Virus record (IMG/VR): IMGVR_UViG_3300006802_000078
Coordinates: 1-64,000 of that record
Length of the DNA: 64,000 nt
Origin: a virus
Reading direction: 5' to 3' (one strand)
In this document: positions 28,175-39,384 of the stretch, piece after piece
Layout: every line of letters begins with the position of its first letter
Position numbering within the stretch: position 1 is the stretch's first letter
Program-made: the position numbers and the translations under genes
Notes under the pieces: generated by a model
The model's input: only the letters and a program-made list of their open reading frames with translations
Told to the model about the DNA's origin: nothing
Databases searched by the model: none

Positions 28175-31100
28175 TCAGTCCTCGTTGCTGCGGTAGTAGC
28201 CGGCGTGCTCGATGAGGTATGCCTCGGCCATCTCCCGAGTGTACGGATGTAGCGCCGGCTGCGTGTACATGGCAGGCCAGCGGAAGACACTGCGATCCGT
28301 GCTGTCATCTGTTGGTGAGGTGTAGTTGACGGTCACACCAACGCCGGTCTCGGCCTCGTAGGCCGCTTCGTAGACATTCTCCACGTCGAAGTCGCTGAGC
28401 AACGCCAGGTCGCGCGACTCCTCGTCTTCATCGGGCACCAGGCCCTCGTCGACGAGGTGCTCGGCGAAGCCCTCCAGGGTCGACACATCGAAGTAGTTGT
28501 AGAGCGCCAGCCGCAGCTTCTCGGCGGTGATCTCCTCGATGAGCTCGATGAAGTGGTCCTTGTCTCGCAGCTTCATGACTCGCTCCTTCCCATGCGGGTG
28601 ACCTTCACCTCGACGGTGACCTCGACCTCGGCGCGGCTGCCGTCGTCGTCGAAGACGAACATGCCGCCGTTCTCGTCGACGAAGACGGTCTGACCGGCAT
28701 CGGTAGTCGTGTCCCAGACACCGTCCCAGTCGACGTCGAAGCCGTTCGACAGCCCGTCGAGGTTGCCCTCCCGCTCGGCTTCGAGCACGGTGGCGTCGGC
28801 ACCATCCGTGATGTCGACGAGGATGGGCGCGACTTGGTACATGCCCCGGATGCCTGGCTTCATGACTCATCTCCTTCGGATTCAAGTTCACACACAGTCT
28901 CGTGGACCTCATCGAGGCTCATCAGCGTCAGTTCACCCTCGCTGTCGTAGTAGGCCACGTCGACGTCGCCGCAGTCAGCGACTCGGATGGCTGCCAGCGC
29001 GTAGCGCAGCGCCACCGACAGCTGCGGGGTGACCAGCCCGAGGTCATCCCCCCACTGCACACGGTAGCCCCCGTTGTGGGTGGCGGCGATGAGCACGCAC
29101 TGCGTGCTGTCGCTCTCGTGGTAGCTCATGGCGAAGCCTCCTCTGAGTCGAGCACGGGCTCGACGGTGAAGCGCAGGCCGTCGCTCATCATCGACTCGAC
29201 GAAGAACTGCACCTGCTTGGGGTCAGCGGTGATCTCGCACTCGACGCCGTTCGCGTCGAGCAGGCGCCACTGCGGGCACCTCGCGCCTGCGAGCACGGCG
29301 CGCACGCCGCCGATGGCAGCCTCGGCCGCCTTCTCAGCGGCGCAGCGGGCCGGCATGAGCAGCTCGCTGATGTCGCCGAAGACGATGTCGGTGAGGCTGC
29401 CGCTGTCGCTGACGCGGGCCTGCACGTAGGTGATGTGGCCATCCCACCAGAGGTGGAGGCTCCACCACCCCGGAGCCGGCGCCAACGGACGCACGCCCAT
29501 CGCGCGGAAGCTCGCTGTCGGGTCAGGGTCTGGCAGCGGGTCGGGCCAGGTCTCGCTGGCGTTCATGTACCATGCCTCGCGCGCGTCGGTGAACGCAGCG
29601 TGAGGAGACTCGCCGTAGCCGAGGCAGACGTCGCTGCCGTTGCGCAGTGCGCACATGACGGCGGGCATGAACTCGACGGCGCTCTCGTCGATGAAGCTGT
29701 CACGTGCGACGCCGACGGCGTCTTCGAGGTCGGCGAGCGCGTCGGCTTCGGTCTCGCCCCAGCCGACCTCATCGGAGACCTCCGACGACATGGCGCGCCA
29801 CGCCGGGTAGAAGGAACAGTCTCGGGTCATGGTGTCACCTCACGATGGTCTTGACGGTGAAGTCCTCGTCGTTGTCGGCGCGTGCCTCGGCGAAGAGGCG
29901 CACCTCCTCCAGCGAGTCGACGGTGTCCCACAGGGAGCCGTCCCCGTTGAAGAGCTGCCACCGCCGATACGCCTTGGAGCAGGCGGCCACCCGGACCAGC
30001 TCCGGCACGAGGCCGAGCTCGGCGCAGATCTGCTGGAGCAGCCCCTCGTCACCACCGCGCAGCGCGTCGCCGATGGAGGCGAAGCCGGCGTCCGTCACGA
30101 GGTAGTACACCTTGACGATGTTCACGGCCGGGACGTCGTCGGCGCACTCCGGCGCCAGCCAGTGCTGGTCCTGCGCCTCGGCCCACTCAAGGATCCGCCG
30201 CAGCTCGACGATCCCGTCGCCATCATCGCTGGTGTCGTCAGGCTGCGGCTCGCTCGGCACACCCGGCACCCATGTGCTCACATCGTTCCAGTCCGTCTCC
30301 TCGTCGGCGGCCTCGACGTTCAGGTACTCGAAGTCGATCATGCCGTTGGTGACGGCCTCGCTCATGTCGTTGATGAGCGCTGCTTTGGCCTCGTCCTCGA
30401 AGCCCACAGGCACGGTGACCTCCATGCGGAAGCGCACCACGCAGAAGTCAGTTGGATCTCCGTACTTCATGACTCAGTCCTCCTCGCAGTTGCTCAGGTA
30501 CTCGGCCGCCATCTCGTCGCTGTAGACGCCGACGAGTTCGTTGCTAACGTCGTCCCAGGTGTGGCCCTCAGCGTCGACGTAGTAGCCGCTGGCCGCCTCG
30601 TAGCGCTCGCACAGCGTCGGTTCCTCCGCACCAGCATCAGCGCCGTCGTAGTACTCCAGCAGGTCGTCGACCTCGCGCCAGATGCCGTCCTTGAGGTAGA
30701 CGTGGTGTGAGGTGGGCACCAGCGAGTAGCGAGACTCAGTCATCATCGCTCCGCTGCCCGTCGGCGATAGCCGCTGCTGCGAGTACGGCCCCCACAACCA
30801 GCTCGGGGTTCTCACCGACCTCTTCGCAAGTCCACATGACCTGCTCCTTCCCGCGAGCATCGTACACGTAGATGGCTGCACCAAACCTGTGAATGTTGCC
30901 GTCGGTGGCGATAAAGCCGCCGTTGGCGAGCTTGACCACCAGGTCGTGCCGGTAGACCTGGGCCAAGCCGGCGGACTTCGCATGTTCCAAGTCAGCGTTG
31001 AGCGATGACTCTTCCAACCAGGCGTCGCACGCCTCGCCGAGGTCGGCCGCTTCGTTGCCTTCGCCGTGCGCGTCGAACCATGCGGCGCACAGCGAGATGA

Positions 31101-32427
31101 GGCTTCGGGTTTCCTTTAGGGTAGTGCGATTTGCAGACATGGTGTCAGTCCTCCTCCTCGTCGTCGTTGAGGAGCGCCTCGACGAAGCGCTCCATGGCGT
31201 CCAGGCCGAAGTGCTCCACGAGCTCATCGGAGAGGCCGCAGTTGTTGTTCACGAGCTTCTCCTTCACACGAGCGCAGCGCTCGTTGTCGTCGATCATCGG
31301 TTTGACGCCGAGCTCCTTGCACGCCTCCAGGTAGGCGTCGGCGAGGTCGGCCCACTCGGGGTCGCCCTTCGGCACCAGATGGCCCTCGTCGCTGATGAGG
31401 CCGCCCGTGGCCTCGATGGCGTCTCGCAGCATGTGCAGTGCTTCGCTCATGGCAGTCACTCCTCGTTGTAGCAGAGCGCCGCTTCAGTGCAGCAGCGCTC
31501 GTAGTGGACGCCGGTCACCCGGTGCACGCTCAAGCCGCGGTCGTCACTCCACAGCTCGTCGATCCACTCGAGCGCGGAGCAGATGGCGTCATCGCAGCAG
31601 TCGTCGAAGACGTAGACGTCGACGCAGGTGCCGTCCTGCGTCATTCCGTAGACACGCCAGAGCGGGCGCTCGCCCGGGAACCAGCGGGTGTTGATGAGGC
31701 TGACGGTCACGCCGCCGAGGATGAGAGTGGTCTCTCCGTAGATCATGGCGAAACCTCCTCGCTCAGGAAGATCTCTTCGTAGGCGGACCACACGAGGTAG
31801 TAGCAGCGGCGCCCCTTCCACTTCGAGCGGTAGTAGGCGACGTGCCAGTCGCTCTTGAGCCGGAGCCCGCCGCGCTGGTTGCCGATGTCGTAGCCGTGGT
31901 CGGCAGCCCAGGCGTCGAGCTCGTCTCCGCCCACAGCCTTGCGGAAGGTGGTGTAGGTCACGTCGACGGACTGCTCCGTCATGTCGTGCAGCGCTGGTAC
32001 CTGGCTCTTCGTGAGCCCCGCGCAGTTGGTGTAGTACTGGTAGCCCATGAGGTCACTCCTCCTCGTTGGTGGCGCAGGTGTCGCAGAGGCCGGGCTCTTT
32101 GTAGGGGCGCACGGCGAAGCTCTCAGCGCCGCAGCCGGGGCAGTGCGCGCGATGCTCCACAATGCCGCACTCCGCCAGCAGGTCACGCAGCCGCGCCTCG
32201 GTGTCGCCCTCGAGCACGAAGGTGTCGGTCGCGAAGCCCGGCCCGCCTGCCCCCCCGGCGGCTCCGGGCCGCACAGCGCCGGCTTCCATCAGGTCGAGGA
32301 CTCCACGCAAGTAGGAGTGGATGCGGCCTTCAGGGTCGGCGGGCAGCGTGCCCTCGCGAGGACTGCCGCTGATCCGCACAAGCAGTACTGGAGTGATGGT
32401 GAATCGCACGTCGTCGATGTTGCTCAT
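28175..32427 (-). other. Run of 11 small, mostly acidic hypothetical genes (28175-28576, 28573-28863, 28860-29129, 29126-29830, 29835-30470, 30474-30746, 30736-31140, 31145-31450, 31456-31746, 31743-32048, 32053-32427)
   Basis: Head-to-tail ORFs; each SD is embedded in the end of the previous gene. Confidence 0.75.
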
Positions 32428-32476
32428 GGCGAAGCCTTCCTTCGGGGTGGGCGGCAGCCGGAGTAGTTGGCTGCCA

Positions 32477-35400
32477 TCAGGTGATCTTCGAAGCTCCAGC
32501 CGATGGCCGCAGCCAGGCAGGCCCGCTGTCTCGGTGGAACAGAGGGATGGTGAACGTGTCCTCCGCGTCACCGTGCAGGGGCCGCACGACGATCGCCACC
32601 GCATCGGGCTCGACGCGGAGCACGACACGGTCGGTGCAGAACCCGTAGTCACCGCATGTCTCGAGCGCATCGAGATCCTCTCGCGTGGCCTCGATGGTGC
32701 GCCACTCGCCGTCCGGGATCTGGTCCGTGTCCTCCGCGTCACCGTGCAGTCGGATGGCCAAGCGGAGGAGGTCCATCCGGCCCACCGAGGAGGTGGGGAT
32801 GTCACGCGCGAGGTACTCGACCTCGTACATGTTGAGGCACCAGTAGTCGGCGGCGTCGGGCTTGATCTCCATGGCCGCGAGGGTCGGCATGGCCGTGGCC
32901 ACCATCGAGTCGAAGTCGGACAGGAGGCCCGACGCGGGGAGATCATCGGCGACGACGAGAAGCAGGGTGTCCCCGTTCTCGTTGGTGTGGGCGATGAAGT
33001 GCATCTTGCCCTCAGGCATGGCGTGACTCCTGTTGCATTGGCCTCGAGGGCCGGTAGTTCTCGAACGGCTCGAACAGTGCCCTGACTGGCCAGCCGATGG
33101 CGGCCGCCAGCGCGTCTGCACGCTGACGCAGCCAGGCCTCCTCGAAGCCGGCGTCGTTCTCGACGGCTTGGCTCAGGGGCCAGACGGCGCTGCCGGTGAG
33201 ACGCAACGTGCCCTTCACCTCGGCGTCGTCCGGGTCGAGACCGACGACGGTGACGAAGGTCTCGGTGCCGTAGCCGCGCACCCGACGGCGGATGGTGCGC
33301 GCGGCGAGCAAGGTGCCTCGGGGGCAATAGCTGCCGGTGCCAAGGTAGCACCGACCGATGGTGACGTAGCCTCGGGCGAAGTCGGTCATCGCATGCTCCC
33401 GTGTGGGTAGGTGACGGTCACGTCGCAGAAGCGACGCACGAGCAGCGCCTCGAACGGCCAGCCCATGATCTCGGCGACTCGCTTCGCGCGCTCCTCGACG
33501 CCGCCAGCTCCTGCCCACCAGAGGCCGCCGACGCCGTCCTCGGCGCGGTCACGCACCGATGTCAGCGGCACGCCGGCGAGGTCTTCCCCGCGCACCCAGC
33601 CCTCCGCCGTCGTGCCGTCCGGTCCCTTGCCGTAGATCTTGAGTCGCGTCTTCGGCCCCACGAAGCGCTCGTGCTGGCGGCTGATGCTCTCAACCACGAT
33701 GATGGACCCGGCCGGCGCCCAGTGGCCGTAGTGCCTGTCGTGCACCCACGCGGCCTCGACGAGGTAGTAGCAGCGGGCGTACTCCTTCTCGGGGTCCGGG
33801 TAGGTCGGGGTCGCGAAGGCCGCCTCGATGGCCGCCTTGGCCTTCGCTTCGGCGCGCTCCTCTGCACGGCGTTGACGCGGCGTCATGATGCCTCCGCCTG
33901 CATCATCTCGATGCCTCGCTGCTGGGTCGCCCGCGTCGACTCGACGAGGGCCTCGAAGGTCGCGCGCCGGGTGATCCCGCGGTTCTGCCCCATGAAGCGG
34001 GAGCGGCGGGGGCCGCGCTCGTACTCCTCCCGGTAGACGCCGTACTCGGAGCCGATGCCGGCCTCGAACCAGAGCTTGAGCCCAGGCGCGTCGAGGTAGA
34101 CCTCACCTGACACTGCGACGCCACCGGCGTTGAAGCGCACCTTGACCGGGCCCTGCAGCTCCTTGCCGAGAGCACGGGCGACGCGCAGCCCCTCCTTCTT
34201 CCACGCCTCCTTGGCGTGCGCGTCGTAGCCAGAGCGCGCCTTGTCCATCAGGTCGAAGAGCTTGTCAAGATCGTACATGGTGTCAGTCCTTCAGGTTGGG
34301 GTGGCGGTAGTACACGTCGCGGCCGCCGTGGCGGTTCTTTCGCGCCTCGTCGACAAGCAGGATGCAGTCGTCGAGCAGGCCCTGCCCGCCGTAGCTGCGG
34401 CTGTTGTGGACCACGAGCGGGATCTTCACCCGCCCTGTGCTCCGACCGACGTAGCCGACTACGACGTCGCCCCAGAGCTGGCCCGTCTTCGGATCGCCGT
34501 AGTGGAAGCGCATGCGCTCCCCGACGCATCCCACGCTCTTGCGGTGACGCTGCCAGAGGCGCAGCAGCAGTGCCCGCAGACGCGGCGGCGTGTCCTTGCA
34601 GAACCACATCTCGTTCTCGTAGGCTTCGCGCTCGATCATGTCAGTCCTCCAGGCCGAGCAGGAAGCGCGCCTGCGCCTCCATCCCGGCGTTGTTGATGTC
34701 GGCAGCCTCGGCCGCCTTGGCGTCGTGGACGCGCTCGTCGAGGATCTCCTGCATCTCCTCGTCGTTGCTGTAGTCGTCGAGCGAGCCGCGCAGGTCGGCG
34801 AGGTAGGTGCCGATGCGCTCCTCATCGGAGGGCTCCGACGGCGGCTGCCGAAGCGAGGCGCGGCGCTCCATCAACCACGAGCTGGTCGAACACCACTCGA
34901 TGTCGTCCTTGGTGATGAAGCAGGCGCAGCCACCGAACTCGCCCTGTCGCATCTTCGAGCAGGTGACCGCCGCTTCGACCTCGATGAAGGTTGTCTCCAG
35001 GAAAGGCAGCCACTGCCGGAGCACCTCGGCATGCTCGCAGCCGAAGCCGTTCTCGAAGTAGGCGTAGTCCTCGCCGTCGCCTTCGAGGCAGTAGGTGATG
35101 TCGGAGAATGCCTGCTCGTAGTCGTCGTACAGGCAGGCGTCGCCGTCGTTGTAGTCGACCCAGTCGGCGAGGATGAGCCCGAGATCCTGCGCCTCGCGCA
35201 GCACCTCGATGTCGTGGTACGCTCCTCGACAGAGCTTGGCAGCCACCTGGCGGTGCGCCTCGCTGGTCCACTTCAGGTACGGGCTCACGGTTGCTTGCGA
35301 ATAGTTGTCGGCCATCGTCTACTCCTCAGTTGGGTTGGTGGTTGGTGCATCAGGCGCAGCGCTCGGCCAGCGAAGCGCCCGGAGCTGCATGTTGCAGCCA

Positions 35401-36778
35401 GTCGCGATGCGCAGCGGCACCTTGGCGACGAAGTAGCCAGGCGCCATCGACGGCATCGCCACGCTGCCGATGCTGCCGTCGTAGATCGTGTTCACGCCGT
35501 CCTCGCTGACGTGCTCGAGGTAGTCGTCGAAGTTCGTCGTGAGGTAGACTCGACAGTCGACGTGCAGCGTCGCAGGCTTCGCGCCGGCTGACGGCCCGTA
35601 GACGTCGAGGGTTGCGGTCATGCTGTGCCAGGGCATCAGTGCCAGCCTCCCGTTGCTTCGATCTCGGCCGTCTCGTCCCAGAAGCGCAGCGACTCATCGT
35701 CTGGCTCGTCGACCGAGGCCTTGCCGGTGACCCGACCGATGATCGGCACCAGCGGCTCACCAAGGCCAGCCTGGCGCTCACGCACCAGCCAGCTCCCGAA
35801 GACCTCGCCGTAGTCGACGCCATCCGCGTCACCAGCATCGAACTTGCAGATGTCCTCGCGCAGACGTTCGAGCCACTCGGGCTCCTCGTCGGGCGCGCAG
35901 CCGTCGAGCCAGAGCTCGTAGAAGGCGAGGCTCGTCAGGCGCTGGGCGCTGCACCAGGTGAAGGCGCGATCCGGCGAGCAGGCGAAGGCGGCACGCAGCT
36001 GCGGCCAGAGCTCGGGGGGCACCGCGTGCTGTCGGAGCCAGCTCTCATTGTCCTTGCGCTGCCCCCAGTAGGGGAAGTCGAGCAGGTCGAACTCGATGCG
36101 GTAGAAGATCATGACACACCTCGGATGCGGCGCGCGGCCGCCTTGAGCACACAGACTCGCTCAGCCAGGGTCGTGCCGTTCCAGCCCGTGGCTTGACAGA
36201 CCAAGCGGGCGGCGTTGCTGTTGATCAGCGTGTCGGCCAGACGATCCCACTCGCGCAGCGGGATGTCGTTGAAGTGCGGGTCGGCACTGGCCTTGACGCG
36301 CTCGGCGCCGATGCGACGTGACACCATATCAACCACGACAGCGTTCACGAACTGGTCGTAGTAGTCGTCGTGCGAGACGAGGCGGTTCATGTAGTCGGCG
36401 CGGGTGAAGCGAAGCTCAGACATGTCAGTACCCCATCGCTTCGGCGGAGTAGTCGCGCTGCCCGCTGCTCTGCTTCACCCAGCGGGGCACGAGGAAGGGC
36501 AGCAGCTCGCCGCCGAAGCCCAGTGCCTCCACTGAGGCGAGCTGCTCGACAGCGCAGACGTCGACATGGTGCGTCTGCATGCGGCCGTCGCAGTCGCGGC
36601 CGTCGGTGTGGGTCTCCCGCACCACGGTGCCTTCGTCGGCGTCCCAGGTGTAGGTGCAGTCGTAGCTCGACCAGCCCTCGTCGGTGTCCTCGGAGTGGCT
36701 GAAGCTCGCGACCGGCTCGTCGGGGGTGAGCTGGATGAAGATCCAGAATCCACTCTCGTGGGCGTAGAAGTTGGGCAT
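32477..36778 (-). other. Run of 10 small hypothetical genes (32477-33019, 33012-33389, 33386-33886, 33883-34278, 34283-34639, 34641-35315, 35319-35636, 35636-36112, 36109-36423, 36425-36778)
   Basis: Head-to-tail coupled ORFs; 34283-34639 carries a GYVGRSTG..KIP motif recurrent in phage early genes. Confidence 0.75.
32555..32749. repeat. Exact 24-bp direct repeat (32555-32578 and 32726-32749)
   Basis: cgtgtcctccgcgtcaccgtgcag occurs twice; encodes LHGDAEDT twice. Confidence 0.9.
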
Positions 36779-36780
36779 GG

Positions 36781-37293
36781 TCAGTTCCCCGTGAAAGATG
36801 GGTGGCGGGCATTCGTCGGGATGTGGCCCAGCGCAGCCAAGCTCTGGAACCCGCCGCCATCGACGACGACCAGGTGGTCGAGCAGCGTGATGCCGATGAC
36901 CTCGGCAGCCCTGCACAAACGGCGGGTCACCTCGATGTCCTCAGCCGAGGGCTTCGTGTCCCTGGATGGGTGGTTGTGCGCGATGATGAAGCACACCGCA
37001 CGGTCGTAGGCCATGACTCGCCGGAGCACGACAGCCGGGTCAACGATGGTGCACTTCCCGTTGCCGACGCTGACCACCTCGACACCGAGCGGGCGGTTGT
37101 TTCGCAGCATCGGCACGACAACGAGCCGCTCCTCGCCGCTGCCGTCGAAGTAGGGCAGCACCAGCGCAGCAGCATCAGCAGGCGACAGCAGCGGCGCCTT
37201 CGGCACAGCCGGTGGAGCCAGCACAGCCACCGCCCGGCGCTGCTGGTCAGGCGTCGCCGCTTGCCAGAGATCCCAAAGCTCGCGCATCTTCAT
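36781..37293 (-). CDS. radC: RadC-family JAB domain protein
   Basis: EERL, AHNHPSRDTKPSAEDIEVT, GITLLDHLVV. Confidence 0.93.
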   Translation of the reverse strand: MKMRELWDLWQAATPDQQRRAVAVLAPPAVPKAPLLSPADAAALVLPYFDGSGEERLVVVPMLRNNRPLGVEVVSVGNGKCTIVDPAVVLRRVMAYDRAVCFIIAHNHPSRDTKPSAEDIEVTRRLCRAAEVIGITLLDHLVVVDGGGFQSLAALGHIPTNARHPSFTGN

Positions 37294-38369
37294 GTTTCAG
37301 CCTCCTCGCCGACCAAGTCGGCAAGCTCTGGTGCGACGAACTCGAAGCTCGTCCAGGGCCACGCCGCCGTGGTCCCATCAGCACCTATGACCATGGCGTA
37401 GACGACGCCGTCAACCTTGGCGAAGTCGACACAGCGGCCTCGCATCTGCACCGGCTGCGACGGCGCTGGCGCAGCCACGCCCGAGTTGCTCAGCCACATG
37501 CCAGCGACGTCTTGGCGCCAGTGGGCGAGTCGTCGCTCGTAGAAATCATCTGCTTCGACGACGCGCAGGCCGACCAGATCGGACAGCTCAGTGACGGCCT
37601 CGCCAAAGAAGATGGCGCTCCACTCGGTCTCGGTCACGATGCCTCCAGGTCTGCGAGCTGGTCTCGCACCTCGCGCGCCAGGTCGAGGCTGTTGCTGCGG
37701 CGGTCCAGGGTCACGACGGCCCAGTGCCGGTAGCCGTAGGCGCCACCGGTGAAGGAGTTGTCGCCGGTCTGCCAGCCGAAGCATGGGCTGCCGGGATCCC
37801 AGCCGACGGTCACGGTCATGGACGGGAAGGAATCGTCCTCGCAGCCTTCGGCGCGGTACTCGTCACCGATGTGGGCCTTGAGGTCGATGAAGAGCTGGCG
37901 CAGGGCGCGCAGCGACGGGAGCTTCATGTCAGTCTCCTGCGATGGTGATGTTGGACCAGTCCTCGGGCGTCATCTCAGCGCCGTCGTGGCGGAAGACGGC
38001 CCGCGCCCGGTGTCTCGCCGGGTCCGCCCCGTAGAGCACGGCTTCCCAGTAGGTGTCGCCGAGCGACCGCAGGTCGATCTGCAGGAACCCGGCGCGCTTC
38101 ACGTGCGGGCCGAGGTCGGCGAGCCGCGGGAACAGCGGGGGCTGCAGGGCTTCGACACCGCAGCCGGGGCACGGCAGGGTGCTGCCGTCGGACTGTTGAC
38201 GATGGGCCACACGGCCGCAAGCGATACAGACGATCATTCGCTACTCCAAGTCAGTCATGCGGGTGGCGTACACTGCGCCGGGGTAGGCGCTGTTGGTGTC
38301 GCCCTCCCACACCAGGCCGGCGGCCTCGGGGGCGACACCGGCCGCGATGTCGTCGATGGTGAGCATCAT
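37290..38369 (-). other. Four small hypothetical genes (37290-37637, 37634-37927, 37929-38237, 38241-38369)
   Basis: Coupled ORFs. Confidence 0.65.
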
Positions 38370-38429
38370 GAGGGGTGCTCCTACCAGTCGTGGACGACAG
38401 AGCCGTCCTCGTTGCGCTCGGCGTCGAAG

Positions 38430-39380
38430 TCAGCCTCGGCCATCGTCGTCTCCCTCGATTTCGAGCTCCCGCGCCAGCCGCTCAAGCTCCGCCAGCCGGA
38501 ACTCGTGGCAGCCGACGATGAGGGTACCGTCAGCCCGCGCCGTGTTCACAGAGAAGCCATCAAGGCTGACGCCTGTGATGTCCCGCGCTTGACCCTGACG
38601 CTGCGCGCGTCTCACCAGGCCGAGCAGGAGCGACCCCCGTGACTTCACCTCGGAGGCGGACACCCGCAGGTTCTGGCTGGTGTGCACGTAGCCCGCCTCG
38701 AGACGCAAGAGGTCGCCGTGCTGCTCCCGGCACTGGACCATGAGCCGGTAGCCCAAGGTCTTGCCCGTCGTACGCCACTCGGCGATGGCAGTAGGCAGAT
38801 CTCGGCGGCTATCGGCCATGGCCTGCTCTTGCCGGGCCCACCTCGCAGCGCCCCGCGCACGGCGCTGGGCGTCGAGCTCCGCCTCGTAGCCCCGGTGCTC
38901 CGCATAGAGCTCCTCCGAGACGCCGCCCGACTCGTCGCCCGACTCGTCGATACCGGCGAGCTCAGCTGCTGAGGCAGCATCATCGACAGCACCCATCAGC
39001 TCACGCAGGAGCTTCCGCCTGGAGGGCTTGCGGGTCACGGTCGCCAGCTCGGCGAGCTTCGCGTCGCGGATCGTGAGCCATGCCTGCATCACCTCGGCGG
39101 CGGTCGTGCTGCGCGTCAGGCGCATCGACGGCGGCAGACTCACGACGCGTCGGCCGCGCACCGCACCCATTGCCAGCCCGATGTGGGTCGAGGTGGTCAC
39201 GCCGTGGTAGTCGCGGCTCTCCAGCAGCACACCGCCGTCGACGTGCATGCCGATCAGCGTCGAGTAGCTGAAGAGATACGGACCGTCGAAGCGGATGTTT
39301 CCGCTGTAGCCGGACTCCTGGGTCTTACCCGCCCAGTAGTGGGCGACCTCGTCGTTGTTTCGCAGAGACTGTCGTGTCAT
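38430..39380 (-). CDS. Conserved phage hypothetical protein
   Basis: 316 aa; EVAHYWA..Q.SG..GNI.F.G..LFSY, TTSTH, C-terminal IVGCH. Confidence 0.75.
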   Translation of the reverse strand: MTRQSLRNNDEVAHYWAGKTQESGYSGNIRFDGPYLFSYSTLIGMHVDGGVLLESRDYHGVTTSTHIGLAMGAVRGRRVVSLPPSMRLTRSTTAAEVMQAWLTIRDAKLAELATVTRKPSRRKLLRELMGAVDDAASAAELAGIDESGDESGGVSEELYAEHRGYEAELDAQRRARGAARWARQEQAMADSRRDLPTAIAEWRTTGKTLGYRLMVQCREQHGDLLRLEAGYVHTSQNLRVSASEVKSRGSLLLGLVRRAQRQGQARDITGVSLDGFSVNTARADGTLIVGCHEFRLAELERLARELEIEGDDDGRG

Positions 39381-39384
39381 GGGG

